IMG/VR virus record: IMGVR_UViG_2824317532_000001
Span: 1 to 64,000 of that record
Direction: 5' to 3' (one strand)
Length of the DNA: 64,000 bases
Origin: a virus
Taxonomy: Duplodnaviria > Caudoviricetes
A model generated the notes under the pieces. The model saw nothing but the letters and a program-made list of their open reading frames with translations. It ran no database searches and had not been told where the DNA came from. Positions 28,600 through 38,020 of the stretch are shown here, one piece after another. A program made the translations under genes and the position numbers. Positions within the stretch are counted from its first letter, which is position 1. Each line of letters begins with the position of its first letter.

Positions 28600-29421
28600 A
28601 TGGACGACAACACCACCTGCCACAACGGCCACACCTGCCCCGGCTGGAACGGCAAACAAGCCGCACCCACCGACCAGCCGTTCTGCCACAACTGCCTCGA
28701 CCGGGCCAGCCGCGACATTCGGGCTCTCGTCTACGACTACCTCGACCTCGCCCAGTTGCACGAGGCATCCCTGTCACAAGCACCCGACGAACACACCACC
28801 GGCGGCGGACACGAAAGCCCCACCCTCCTCGCCGACCACGTCGAAGCACTCCAAGCCGAAATCCTCTGGGTAGCCGCCACCTGGGAACACGCCCTACGCG
28901 CCCGACAGCAGCTCTCCAACCCGCGCACGTACACGCCACTGTGGCGAACCACCGTCTACGACCACCTGCGCCTCACCGACCGGCAGCCCGTCCTCGTCAA
29001 AGCGCGGCCCGGCGCCATTGTTCAGCGCGCCATCAGCATCATCACCGGCCGCCTCGACCAGCTCGCCCGCCTCGAACCAATCACCGTCTGCCCCACCGGC
29101 ATCGAAGACGAACCAACCGTCATGCACGGCTGGGAAGCCATCCACCAACTCCAGAACCTCCACACCCGCGCCCGCGCCACCCTCGGCCGCACCACCCGCC
29201 GATTCTGGATCCCCGGCGAATGCTGGCACTGCGACGCCCGCCCCACCCGCGACGTCGACGGACCCCTCTACCGCAGCGAACCCCGCCGCCACGAAGACCC
29301 CATGGAAGTCCACTGCCAGCCATGCGGCGCCACACGCCCATACGCCGACTACGAGACCTACATGACCAGCCTGCTATGGCCCGGCCAAGACACCGACGCC
29401 AACGTGCGGATCGCCGCATGA
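28600..29421 (+). CDS. Zn-finger protein, candidate late-gene regulator
   Basis: N-terminal C..C..CxxC and C-terminal CWHC..CQPC; last early-operon position. Confidence 0.6.
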   Translation: MDDNTTCHNGHTCPGWNGKQAAPTDQPFCHNCLDRASRDIRALVYDYLDLAQLHEASLSQAPDEHTTGGGHESPTLLADHVEALQAEILWVAATWEHALRARQQLSNPRTYTPLWRTTVYDHLRLTDRQPVLVKARPGAIVQRAISIITGRLDQLARLEPITVCPTGIEDEPTVMHGWEAIHQLQNLHTRARATLGRTTRRFWIPGECWHCDARPTRDVDGPLYRSEPRRHEDPMEVHCQPCGATRPYADYETYMTSLLWPGQDTDANVRIAA

Positions 29422-29669
29422 AGCGCTACAAAACCTTCACCTACGAACGCGAAGAACCATGCGGCGCCACCTGCGACGGCTGCGGCCTCGACGGCGACTA
29501 CCTGTCCCTCGTCGAAGTCATCATCTCCGTCAACGAGAGTGAGGAAGGCGGCCGGCGCGACGAGTACGACTACTGCAACGACTGCCTCGTAGCGCAGGCA
29601 CCAAAACTCGTCGCAGCAGGCAGCCGCTCCCCGATCGTCACCGGCGATTGGACGGAGGACAACGAGTGA
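29418..29669 (+). CDS. small Zn-finger protein
   Basis: TCDGCG..DYCNDC. Confidence 0.6.
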   Translation: MKRYKTFTYEREEPCGATCDGCGLDGDYLSLVEVIISVNESEEGGRRDEYDYCNDCLVAQAPKLVAAGSRSPIVTGDWTEDNE

Positions 29670-30082
29670 AGCCCGACCTCGACCGGCAGCCACGCCGAAA
29701 CCAGCGCACCTGGCCCAACAACATCGACACCCCACTCGACCGCGCCCGCCGCATCGCCGGCATGTACCGGGCACGACTCCACGCCCTCAACCCTGAGGCA
29801 TGCGACGACTGCGACCAGACCGCAGCCGACTTCGGCGAGACATGGATGCTCGAACGGCCAGACATCGTCGAACCCGACCGCGAACTCACCACCACCGAAG
29901 CCGCCGAACTCGTACAGGTAAGCCCCGACCTCATCCGAAAATGGGCATGCCAGAAACACCCGACAACCCCCGGCCTCAACCTGCTCCCCCGGTACGGATG
30001 GCGGGGCCGGGAACGCACCTACATCGCCGGGAAGGTATTCGAAGCAGCCGCCCTGGCGAGAGTTGGGCAACACGCCAGCTAG
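29666..30082 (+). CDS. HTH DNA-binding protein
   Basis: LTTTEAAELVQVSPDLIRKWA excisionase-like HTH. Confidence 0.65.
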   Translation: MKPDLDRQPRRNQRTWPNNIDTPLDRARRIAGMYRARLHALNPEACDDCDQTAADFGETWMLERPDIVEPDRELTTTEAAELVQVSPDLIRKWACQKHPTTPGLNLLPRYGWRGRERTYIAGKVFEAAALARVGQHAS

Positions 30083-30088
30083 ACATGC

Positions 30089-30118
30089 TTGCAAGATCGG
30101 CTGCGACCGTGTCACAGT
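30089..30118 (+). promoter_or_regulatory. candidate late promoter
   Basis: TTGCAA-N18-CACAGT at the early/late junction. Confidence 0.35.
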
Positions 30119-30143
30119 TCTGCGCGAGACCAGTGTCTCCAGC

Positions 30144-30180
30144 GCCCGCCAGAGCCTTCGCTCGGCGGGCCTTTCGCATT
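30144..30180 (+). terminator. hairpin plus T-tract
   Basis: GCCCGCC..GGCGGGC followed by CTTTCGCATT. Confidence 0.6.
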
Positions 30181-30194
30181 CCCGGGCGGTGCAC

Positions 30195-30536
30195 ATGACC
30201 CGCTGGATCCGCCGCCTCACCGGCACCGACATCCTGGAGGAACACATGGCCCGCATCATCGACCTGCTCAACGGCCTCGTCGCCCAGCAGACCGCCGCGT
30301 CCGCCGCGCAGGCCACCAGCTTCAACAACCTGCACGCCGCGATCGACCGACTCGAAACCGCCGTCCGCGACGGCGAAGCCTCCCCCGAGATCGAAGCCGC
30401 CGTCGGGCAACTCCGCGACGGCTTCGACGCCCTGCAGAAGGCCGCCGACGACGCCGACAACGGCCACGAGCCGCAGCCCGACCAGCCCGCCGACGGCAAC
30501 GAAGGCGACGTGTTCCCCGAGGACACCAACCGCTGA
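30195..30536 (+). CDS. coiled-coil hypothetical protein
   Basis: Helical, acidic tail; alternative start at 30246. Confidence 0.6.
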   Translation: MTRWIRRLTGTDILEEHMARIIDLLNGLVAQQTAASAAQATSFNNLHAAIDRLETAVRDGEASPEIEAAVGQLRDGFDALQKAADDADNGHEPQPDQPADGNEGDVFPEDTNR

Positions 30537-30653
30537 CAGACGTGGCCCGCGGACCTCGACCCCGCGGGCCACCCAGCAACACAGCGTCACCGCAATGCCA
30601 ACCACGTCGGGGTTTCATTTCACAATGCGTGACCTCGTAAAGGATCGGTGAAC

Positions 30654-31169
30654 ATGCCCGCCTCACGAGCAAAACGCGCCGACACCGCCCAGCGACGCCG
30701 CCAAGCCATCGACATGCGCATGGCCGGCGCCTCATACCAGCGCATCGCCGATCAGCTCGGCTACACCAGCCGCGGTGCCGCATGCCAAGACATCACCCGC
30801 GCCCTCGAGCAAGCCGTCGCCGAACAGATCATCTCCGCCGAGGCCTACCGCGAAGAAGAGTTGCAGCGCCTCGACGCGCTCCTCGCCGAAGCATGGGCCG
30901 TCCTCAAACGCGAGCACCTGACCGTCTCCCACGGCAAGGTCGTGTACGACGACACCACCGGGCAGCCGATCCTCGACGACGGACCCACGCTCGCCGCGAT
31001 CGACCGCATCCTCAAGATTCAAGAACGGCGTTCGAAGTACCTCGGCTTGGATGCCCCCACCCGCGTGGAGGCGATCACGATTGACAGCCTCGACGCTGAA
31101 ATCGCCAAGCTTGCCGCCGAGCTTGAAGGCGATCAAGCTGGAGAAGCTGCGGGAACTCCGCAGACTTAA
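30654..31169 (+). CDS. terminase small subunit
   Basis: RRRQAIDMRMAGASYQRIADQLGY HTH, AIDRILKIQERRSKYLGLDAP; precedes TerL. Confidence 0.8.
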   Translation: MPASRAKRADTAQRRRQAIDMRMAGASYQRIADQLGYTSRGAACQDITRALEQAVAEQIISAEAYREEELQRLDALLAEAWAVLKREHLTVSHGKVVYDDTTGQPILDDGPTLAAIDRILKIQERRSKYLGLDAPTRVEAITIDSLDAEIAKLAAELEGDQAGEAAGTPQT

Positions 31170-32700
31170 AGCCGAGAAGGAACACCGCAAGGCCGCCGAA
31201 GCGCGGGCCAAACGCGACGCCAACCGCAAGCGCTGGCCCAGCCCTCTGGACATGGCAGCGGATCTCGATCCGCCGCGGCTCGACGAAAACGGCGACCGGG
31301 CCGGCGCATGGCGCACTCCCGCGCTCGAACTCATCAACACCGCCCTCGTCGACCTGGCCGAAGGCCGGGAGAAGCGGCTAGCCGCGTTCATGAGCCCTCA
31401 AGAGGGCAAGTCGACGACCGTCTCGTTCTGGTTCCCGCTGTGGCTGCTCACCTGTGTTAACCCCAACCTACGCATTCTGATCATCTCGTATTCCGACGAG
31501 ATGGCCCGCCGGTGGGGCGCCGAAATCAAAGACGCCCTCGAACGCTGGTCCGGCGACGAAGGCACCATCGACCTCGGCCTCCGACTACGCAAAGACTCCC
31601 GCGCAGCCGGCCGCTGGAACATCGCCGGGCACAAGGGCTCCGTCTACTGCGCCGGCATCGCCGGATCCATCACCGGCAAACCCGGCGACGTGATCCTCGT
31701 TGACGACCCGCTCAAAAACATGAGCGAAGCCCAGTCGGAGAAGATCCGCGAAAAGGCCATGTCGGTCTACCGCTCCGCGATCGTGCCCCGGCTCGGCCCG
31801 TCAGCACGAATGGGATGGATCCAAACGTGCTGGCACGAGTCCGAGCCGATCCGGCAGATCCTCGCCAACGAAGGCGAACGCAAGAACGGCGGCCGGTGGC
31901 GCACCATCACCATCCCCGCGATCGCGGACTCCCCCAATGACGACCTCGGCCGGAAGATCGGCGAATGGCAGGAATCGGCTCGCGGCGAACGAGACTGGGC
32001 GGGCATCCGCAAGACCGTCGGCGAATACGTGTTCTCCGCCCTCTACCAGCAGCGGCCCAGCCCCGCCGAAGGCAACCTGTTCAAACGAATCTGGTGGCGC
32101 TACTGGTCGCATGCCCCACAGACCGGCGCTAGCCCGCGCCTGGACCTCGGTGGCCGGATCTTCGACTTGCAGGACTGCTGGCGGTTCGCGACCGTCGACC
32201 TCGCCAACTCGACGAAGACGTCCGGCGACTGGACGGTCATCTCCGCATGGGCGCGCAGCATCGACGGCGACCTGGTCCTACTTGACCGCACCCGGGCGAA
32301 GATCGGCGAAATCGACCACTTCACCCACGCCCGGCCGCTCGTACAGCGCTGGCAGCTCGACACCCTGTACGTCGAACAATCCCAGTACGGCACCACACTG
32401 GTCCGTGAAGCAACCAACGACCGAGTGCCGATCGCACCGCTGGTCGCTGACACCGACAAACTGAGCCGCGCCCTGCCCGCGTCGGCGTGGGCGTCGAACG
32501 GCCGGATCTGGTTACCTGCCGGCGCCGACTGGATCAAAACGTGGGTGGACGAGTTCGCCGGGTTCCCGAACGCCGCCCACGACGACCAGGTAGACACACT
32601 CGCCTACGCGGTTCGTGTCGCGGTGACAAAGTGGGCGCCACCGCCGCCTCGCCCACCGGACCAGTCATCGGGCGGAGACCCGCTGAACAGCCCGATGTGA
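31081..32700 (+). CDS. terL: terminase large subunit
   Basis: SPQEGKST Walker A, ILVDDP Walker B, LYQQRPSP, TVDLA, FPNAAHDDQVD; GGAGG before TTG at 31081. Confidence 0.92.
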   Translation: MTASTLKSPSLPPSLKAIKLEKLRELRRLKAEKEHRKAAEARAKRDANRKRWPSPLDMAADLDPPRLDENGDRAGAWRTPALELINTALVDLAEGREKRLAAFMSPQEGKSTTVSFWFPLWLLTCVNPNLRILIISYSDEMARRWGAEIKDALERWSGDEGTIDLGLRLRKDSRAAGRWNIAGHKGSVYCAGIAGSITGKPGDVILVDDPLKNMSEAQSEKIREKAMSVYRSAIVPRLGPSARMGWIQTCWHESEPIRQILANEGERKNGGRWRTITIPAIADSPNDDLGRKIGEWQESARGERDWAGIRKTVGEYVFSALYQQRPSPAEGNLFKRIWWRYWSHAPQTGASPRLDLGGRIFDLQDCWRFATVDLANSTKTSGDWTVISAWARSIDGDLVLLDRTRAKIGEIDHFTHARPLVQRWQLDTLYVEQSQYGTTLVREATNDRVPIAPLVADTDKLSRALPASAWASNGRIWLPAGADWIKTWVDEFAGFPNAAHDDQVDTLAYAVRVAVTKWAPPPPRPPDQSSGGDPLNSPM

Positions 32701-32727
32701 TAGACGCTGGTGAGGTGGTGGTCTCCG

Positions 32728-34821
32728 GTGACCGCCCCAACCTCCGTGAAGGGCTTCGTCGATCCGTACACGCTCGGCACCGATTTCGGGTCCCTGTACG
32801 TTGACCTGCTCGAGCACGTGCCCGACCTGACGTGGCCGCTGTCGGTTCCGGTGTACGCGAAGATGCGCCGCGATCCTCAGCTGACCGCCATCTTGCAGGG
32901 CTGGACGTTGCAGTTGCGGCGCGCCCAGTGGCAGATCGACCCGGCCGGCTGCCGGCCCGAGGTGGTGTCGGCGGTCGCGGACGGGCTCGGGCTCGCGGTG
33001 GCGGGCGCGGACAAGCCGGGTGCGGCGCGGCTGCGTGGCGTTTCCTGGAGCGAGCATCTCCAGGCCGCGTTGCGTGCGCTGACGTTCGGGCACGCGGCGT
33101 TCGAGATGCAGGCGGACGTGTCCAGCGGCAAGGCACTGCTGTCGGGGCTGTGGGAGCGCCCGCAGTGGACGATCTCCCACATCCACGTGGACGGGAAGAC
33201 CGGCCTACTCGAGGGCATCACCCAGGACGCGGCAACCAACCTCGTTAGCCCGCAGATCAAGGCTGACCGGCTCGTCTGGTACGTCGCCGACCGGGAAGGC
33301 GCGAACTGGGCGGGCACCTCTCTACTGCGGCCCGCCTACGCTGCGTGGCTCATCAAGGAGGAGATGCGGCGCGTCCACGCCATCGCCAACCGAAGATGGG
33401 GCATGGGCGTCCCCGTCATGGAGGCGCTGCCCGGCACGAACCCGACCAGCGGGCAGATGACCGAAGCCATGCAGTTGGCTGCCGCCGCCCGATCCGGGGA
33501 ACAGGCCGGCGCGGCGACTCCGCCTGGCTTCACCCTCAAGATTCAGGGACTCTCGGGTAGTGTGCCGGACACGCTGTCGTTCATGCGCTGGCTCGATCAG
33601 CAGATGTCCCGCGCCGCCCTGATGGGCATGCTGGACCTCGGCGAGACACCGAACGGATCCCGCGCCCTTGGCGAAACGTTCGTCGACGCGTTCCTGCTTG
33701 CCCTCGAGGCGACCGCCGAAGCCGTCGCGGACACCGCCACCCGGCAGGCAGCGGCACGAATCGTCGACTGGAACTGGGGCGCCGACGAACCCGTCCCCCG
33801 CATCGTGGTGTCCGGCGTCGGTAGCCGGCGCGAAGTCACCGCTGAGGCGCTGCAAATGCTTCTCGCCTCCGGTGGGCTCGCCTCCGACCCTGGTCTCGAG
33901 GCGTGGATCCGTCGTGAATGGCGGCTGCCAGAACGTGAGGGTATGGCCCAGCCGAAGCCGACTGCGCCGGGCGTGGACCTGCCGGACAAGGACGAGAAGC
34001 CGCCCGCCGAACCCGAGCAAGAGGTTGCGGCGGCAGCCAAGCCTCGCCCGCGGTCGCGGCGCCGTACTCAGCAGCCGTCACTGTTCGACGACGACGACGG
34101 GGAATCTGACGCGGCCCGCATTCAGCAGCAGTGGGATCAGGCGAAAGCCCGGCTGCTGCGCCGCTGGCCGAAACTGGCGGCACCTTTGGTCGGCGAACTC
34201 GCCGACCAGGCGCAGGCCGCCGTAGAAGTCGGCGACCTGGGACTGCTCGGGCAGCTGCAGGCGTCCGCCGGTGTGGTCGCCGCGCTGGCGGTGCCGCTAC
34301 GAAAGTCGGGCACCGACCTGGCTGCGGAGGCTGCAGCCGGGGTGGTGGCGGAGGCCGCCGCCCAGGACACCGTCATCGACGTGCCGGCCGAGCCGGGCGC
34401 GGACCGGGTGCAGCAGCACGCGGACGCCGTCGCCCGCATCATCGCCGCCGGCTACGCCTCCGGTGCGGCCCGAACCAGCCTGCAACTCGCCGGAGCTGCG
34501 CCGCAGGAAGTCCGCAACGAGGTAGAGCGGCATCTCACCGAACTGGGAACCTCGGTGAACGGCCTGGTCGGCGACAACATCGGCAGCCTGCTCAGTGCCG
34601 CACAGTTCGCTGGCCGCCTCGCTGTCCTCGAGGAAAACCCGGCCACGGCATATCGGGCGAACGAGACGCCGGACCGGAACACCTGCGACCCCTGCAAGGC
34701 CATCAACGGGACCGAGTTTCAGACGCTGCGGGCCGCGCTCGCCGCCTACCCGCTGTCGGGCCAGCACGCCGCGTGCGAGGGGCGTTCACGCTGCCGCGGG
34801 TTCATCGTTCCGATCTTCTAG
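32728..34821 (+). CDS. portal protein (DUF935-like) fused to MuF-like minor head domain
   Basis: YAKMRRDPQL, FGHAAFE, GTSLLRPAY..W..K, RWGMGVP, GSRALG; C-terminal DRNTCDPC..CEGRSRCRG. Confidence 0.85.
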   Translation: MTAPTSVKGFVDPYTLGTDFGSLYVDLLEHVPDLTWPLSVPVYAKMRRDPQLTAILQGWTLQLRRAQWQIDPAGCRPEVVSAVADGLGLAVAGADKPGAARLRGVSWSEHLQAALRALTFGHAAFEMQADVSSGKALLSGLWERPQWTISHIHVDGKTGLLEGITQDAATNLVSPQIKADRLVWYVADREGANWAGTSLLRPAYAAWLIKEEMRRVHAIANRRWGMGVPVMEALPGTNPTSGQMTEAMQLAAAARSGEQAGAATPPGFTLKIQGLSGSVPDTLSFMRWLDQQMSRAALMGMLDLGETPNGSRALGETFVDAFLLALEATAEAVADTATRQAAARIVDWNWGADEPVPRIVVSGVGSRREVTAEALQMLLASGGLASDPGLEAWIRREWRLPEREGMAQPKPTAPGVDLPDKDEKPPAEPEQEVAAAAKPRPRSRRRTQQPSLFDDDDGESDAARIQQQWDQAKARLLRRWPKLAAPLVGELADQAQAAVEVGDLGLLGQLQASAGVVAALAVPLRKSGTDLAAEAAAGVVAEAAAQDTVIDVPAEPGADRVQQHADAVARIIAAGYASGAARTSLQLAGAAPQEVRNEVERHLTELGTSVNGLVGDNIGSLLSAAQFAGRLAVLEENPATAYRANETPDRNTCDPCKAINGTEFQTLRAALAAYPLSGQHAACEGRSRCRGFIVPIF

Positions 34822-34850
34822 CCGGTAGGACCGACTTCGGAAGGAGGTCG

Positions 34851-35063
34851 GTGGTGGAGCAGAAACCCAGTATCGGCCGCATCGTCCACTACGTGCAGTA
34901 CGAGGGCAACAAATGCCGCGCCGCGATCATCACCGACGTCGAAGACGACGGAACGGTTGGCCTGTACGTGATGACGCCGGACCGTGGTGCCCACAGCCAG
35001 AACGAATGCCCGTACGACGACGGCCACACCTATGGCACGTGGCACTGGCCGACGCGAACGTGA
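34851..35063 (+). CDS. small conserved phage protein
   Basis: KPSIGRIVHYV..RAAIIT..GTWHWP; AAGGAGG RBS. Confidence 0.75.
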   Translation: MVEQKPSIGRIVHYVQYEGNKCRAAIITDVEDDGTVGLYVMTPDRGAHSQNECPYDDGHTYGTWHWPTRT

Positions 35064-35074
35064 GGCGGTGACCC

Positions 35075-37597
35075 ATGCCTGACGTGGAACTCGCCCGCCG
35101 TGAAGGCGTCGAGCTGGTCCGCACCGGCAGGTTCCAAACCCTCACCGGCTCGTGGAACCCGACACCGAAAGACATTCAGGCCGCCGTCGAGGCCATGGAC
35201 TGCCCGGCGATCCGAAAGCCGGTTATCCGGCTTGGGCACACCGACGATCGGTTCGTGCCTCGCGGCGACGGGGAGCCGGCACTCGGCTGGTTCGAGAACC
35301 TGCGTGCCGCTGACGGCGGGCACACGCTGGTCGCCGACCAGGTGACGCTGCCGTGGCTGCATTCGGTTCAGGCTGCCGCCTACCCATCGCGGTCGATCGA
35401 GGGCAACTACAACCATCGCTGTTCCGAAGGCCACCTGCACCCGTTCGTCATTCACACCGTCGCCCTGCTTGGTGTAACCCCGCCCGGGGTGCAGACGCTG
35501 CGGTCGTTGAACGACCTGCCAGAGATGCTCGGGGTCGCCGCAACCGGTGAGGTACCCGAGGGTGCCGAGCATGTGCAGGTGACGGTCCTGGCGGGCCGGC
35601 ACTCGTTCGACGAGTCGAAACATGCCCGCGACGACGACGGCAAGTTCACGTCCGGGTCCGGTGGCGGCGGTGGTGACGGATCGCCTGTTCAGCCTGCCCC
35701 AGCCTCCGGGCTGAAACGCAATGAGCGGCTCGCGAAACGCATCCCTCTCGGCAAGGGCGAAACGTATGTCGGCAGCGGCACCGTCCGTGACGGCGGGTTC
35801 GCGGTCGCCGCCGTGGACGGCCCGGACGGGCGCACCGTCCGGCTCGGTGTCGGCATCGACCCCGACGAGATCGGCCAGTGGTCCGGCGCCAACCGGGGCG
35901 GAACGGTCGTCCTCGACCAGGAACGTCTCGACCAAACCCGCGAGGCGATCGCCCAGCTCCTCGAAGCGGCAAAGACCGGAAAAGCCAAGGTCCGTGCCCT
36001 GCATAAGGAATGGGACCGGCTCGAAGCGGCCGAGAACAAACTCTTTGGCAAGTCGTCGATGTCGGAGTCCGACGAGAACAAGTTGGACGAGATCCGGGAA
36101 CAGCGGAAAGCCAACGAGGACGCGCTGGACAAGCTCGCCGACTTCGGTGTCCTCGAAGAGGGCGTGATTCACGCCGAGTGGGGTGACCTGCACCTGCAGG
36201 CGTACATGTCCGACGACAGCCCGCAGTTCAAGGTCGAGGTGAAAGCGAGCCGGGAAGCGCCGTCCCGGTTCGACGAGATCCTCGAAGTGCGACACCTGAC
36301 CAGGCTCGCAGCCCTACTGGAGAAGGCGGGCGCCGCGAAACCGGTGCAGGCCGCCGCCGCGCAGGTTCAGGCCGCCGCCGAGGTGCACACGGGCGCGATG
36401 GTGGCGCTCATCCCCACGCCCGAGGACGCGGCACGGCTGGCGGTCGAGGGCGGGGAACCGGCCGAGGAACTGCACGTCACGCTCGCTTACCTCGGTGAGG
36501 CTGCTGCCCTCGGCGCCCGCGGCAGGCAGGACGTCATCGACGGCGTCTCCACCGCAGCCAACGGTCTCCCCCAGTTCGAGGCCGAAGCGTTCGCGTTGAA
36601 CGTCTTCAACCCGCCGGGTGCGCAACGCGACGACGGCCAAGATCGGGACACCTGTCTGGTGCTCGGCTTGTCCGGGGACCCCATCGACGCCGTCCACGAC
36701 CTGGTGGCCGAAGCGCTACGTGAGGCGTTGTGGTCGATCGACGTCCCGCCGCAGCATCGCCCGTGGCACGCGCATATGACCTTGGAGTACACCGAGGATC
36801 TGTCGAAGCTGGCCAACCTGGTCGACCGGATCGGGCCGGTCCGGTTCGACCGGATCCGCGTGGCGTTCGGCGGCGAGCACATCGACATCCCGCTGATCGG
36901 CCCAGACGAAGACGACATGGTCGCGGCGAGTGCCGCGATCCGTGGCCGGATCCCGCCGATCCGGGAACGCCTGGCCCGGCTGGTGGCCGCGGCTGCACCC
37001 GCCGATCCCCCGCCGGAAGACCCGGCATCCAGTCTCCCGGCCGCCGAGCCGGAGCCCAACAAACAAGAGGAGGACCTCGTGTCCCTGAGCGATGAACTGC
37101 GCTCGCGGCTCGGCCTCGCCGACGGCGCCGAGGAGGTCGACGCTCTGGCGGCGATCGACGCGCTGAAGGCGGCGGCCGAGAAGAGCCCCGAGCCGACGGC
37201 GGAGATGATCCAGGCTTCGGCCAACGCGACGGCGAAGGCCGAGCAGGCGGAGGCGGAGAAGGACGAACTCCGCAAGGAGGTCAACGTCCTGGCTTCCCGC
37301 ATGGAGCAGGTCACCACCGAACTCGCGGCGGCGAAGGCCGAGCAGGCGGCAACGGTGAAGGCTTCCGTGCTGGATGACGCCATCAAGCAGGGCAAGATCA
37401 AGCCCGCGGACAAGGCGCAGTGGGAAACCGACTACGACGACGCCCCAGCCGCGATCACCCGGGTTCTCGCTTCCATCGCCCCCGGCACTGCGGTTCCCGT
37501 GATGGCGGCCGGGCACGCCGGGCCGGCCGAACCGACCAGCGGCGACAGCCTGGACGCCGAGTACGAGCGCCTCTTCGGCGAGAAGGCTGGTGCCTGA
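35075..37597 (+). CDS. prohead protease - cargo domain - 2H phosphoesterase - scaffold polyprotein
   Basis: Mu gpI-like protease N-terminus (LGH, PALGW, YPSRSIE); FDESKHARDDDGKF; HVT and HMT 2H motifs; coiled-coil scaffold (AIKQGKIKPA). Confidence 0.82.
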   Translation: MPDVELARREGVELVRTGRFQTLTGSWNPTPKDIQAAVEAMDCPAIRKPVIRLGHTDDRFVPRGDGEPALGWFENLRAADGGHTLVADQVTLPWLHSVQAAAYPSRSIEGNYNHRCSEGHLHPFVIHTVALLGVTPPGVQTLRSLNDLPEMLGVAATGEVPEGAEHVQVTVLAGRHSFDESKHARDDDGKFTSGSGGGGGDGSPVQPAPASGLKRNERLAKRIPLGKGETYVGSGTVRDGGFAVAAVDGPDGRTVRLGVGIDPDEIGQWSGANRGGTVVLDQERLDQTREAIAQLLEAAKTGKAKVRALHKEWDRLEAAENKLFGKSSMSESDENKLDEIREQRKANEDALDKLADFGVLEEGVIHAEWGDLHLQAYMSDDSPQFKVEVKASREAPSRFDEILEVRHLTRLAALLEKAGAAKPVQAAAAQVQAAAEVHTGAMVALIPTPEDAARLAVEGGEPAEELHVTLAYLGEAAALGARGRQDVIDGVSTAANGLPQFEAEAFALNVFNPPGAQRDDGQDRDTCLVLGLSGDPIDAVHDLVAEALREALWSIDVPPQHRPWHAHMTLEYTEDLSKLANLVDRIGPVRFDRIRVAFGGEHIDIPLIGPDEDDMVAASAAIRGRIPPIRERLARLVAAAAPADPPPEDPASSLPAAEPEPNKQEEDLVSLSDELRSRLGLADGAEEVDALAAIDALKAAAEKSPEPTAEMIQASANATAKAEQAEAEKDELRKEVNVLASRMEQVTTELAAAKAEQAATVKASVLDDAIKQGKIKPADKAQWETDYDDAPAAITRVLASIAPGTAVPVMAAGHAGPAEPTSGDSLDAEYERLFGEKAGA
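37079..37597 (+). CDS. nested in-frame scaffold protein
   Basis: Strong internal SD (GAGGAGG) before in-frame GTG at 37079, as in lambda C/Nu3 and Mu I/Z. Confidence 0.6.
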   Translation: MSLSDELRSRLGLADGAEEVDALAAIDALKAAAEKSPEPTAEMIQASANATAKAEQAEAEKDELRKEVNVLASRMEQVTTELAAAKAEQAATVKASVLDDAIKQGKIKPADKAQWETDYDDAPAAITRVLASIAPGTAVPVMAAGHAGPAEPTSGDSLDAEYERLFGEKAGA

Positions 37598-37989
37598 TGG
37601 CTGACTACGCCCCCCTGTGGATGCCCGGTGACGTCATCACCGTCACCACCTCCGCCGCGGTGACCGGCGGCAAGTGCCTCGTCGTCTCTGGCAACGGAAC
37701 CGTCGCCATGTCGTCCGCGTCGTCGGTGAAGTGGGTCGGTGTCGCCGCCTGCGACATCGCCTCTGGTGCGGTCGGCCCGATGCACGGCCGCGGCCAGGTC
37801 CACACGTCGACCGCGGCGGGTGCGATCACTGCCGGGGATCAGCTGGTGACGGCCGCGTCGGGCAACGTGGCCGCGCTCGCGGCTGCCAGCACCGACACGG
37901 CGACCGACATCAACTCCGCCAGGTCGGTGATCGGTATCGCCCTGACGACCGCGGCGGACACGGCCACGGTCACCTGGATGGAGATCTAG
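37597..37989 (+). CDS. capsid decoration/cement protein (DUF2190-like)
   Basis: GVAACDIASG..AAGAITAGDQL..IGIALT. Confidence 0.8.
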   Translation: MADYAPLWMPGDVITVTTSAAVTGGKCLVVSGNGTVAMSSASSVKWVGVAACDIASGAVGPMHGRGQVHTSTAAGAITAGDQLVTAASGNVAALAAASTDTATDINSARSVIGIALTTAADTATVTWMEI

Positions 37990-38020
37990 CAGCCCAGCTG
38001 CTTCCCCTCGCTCTTCTCTC

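Noticed and set aside
30537-30650. tRNA or cos/pac site upstream of terS
   Set aside because: Only a simple hairpin (GTGGCCCGCGG/CCGCGGGCCAC) is visible; no cloverleaf, and a packaging site cannot be assigned from sequence alone.
22709-32700. Inteins in DnaB or TerL
   Set aside because: Both proteins are of normal length with contiguous motifs.
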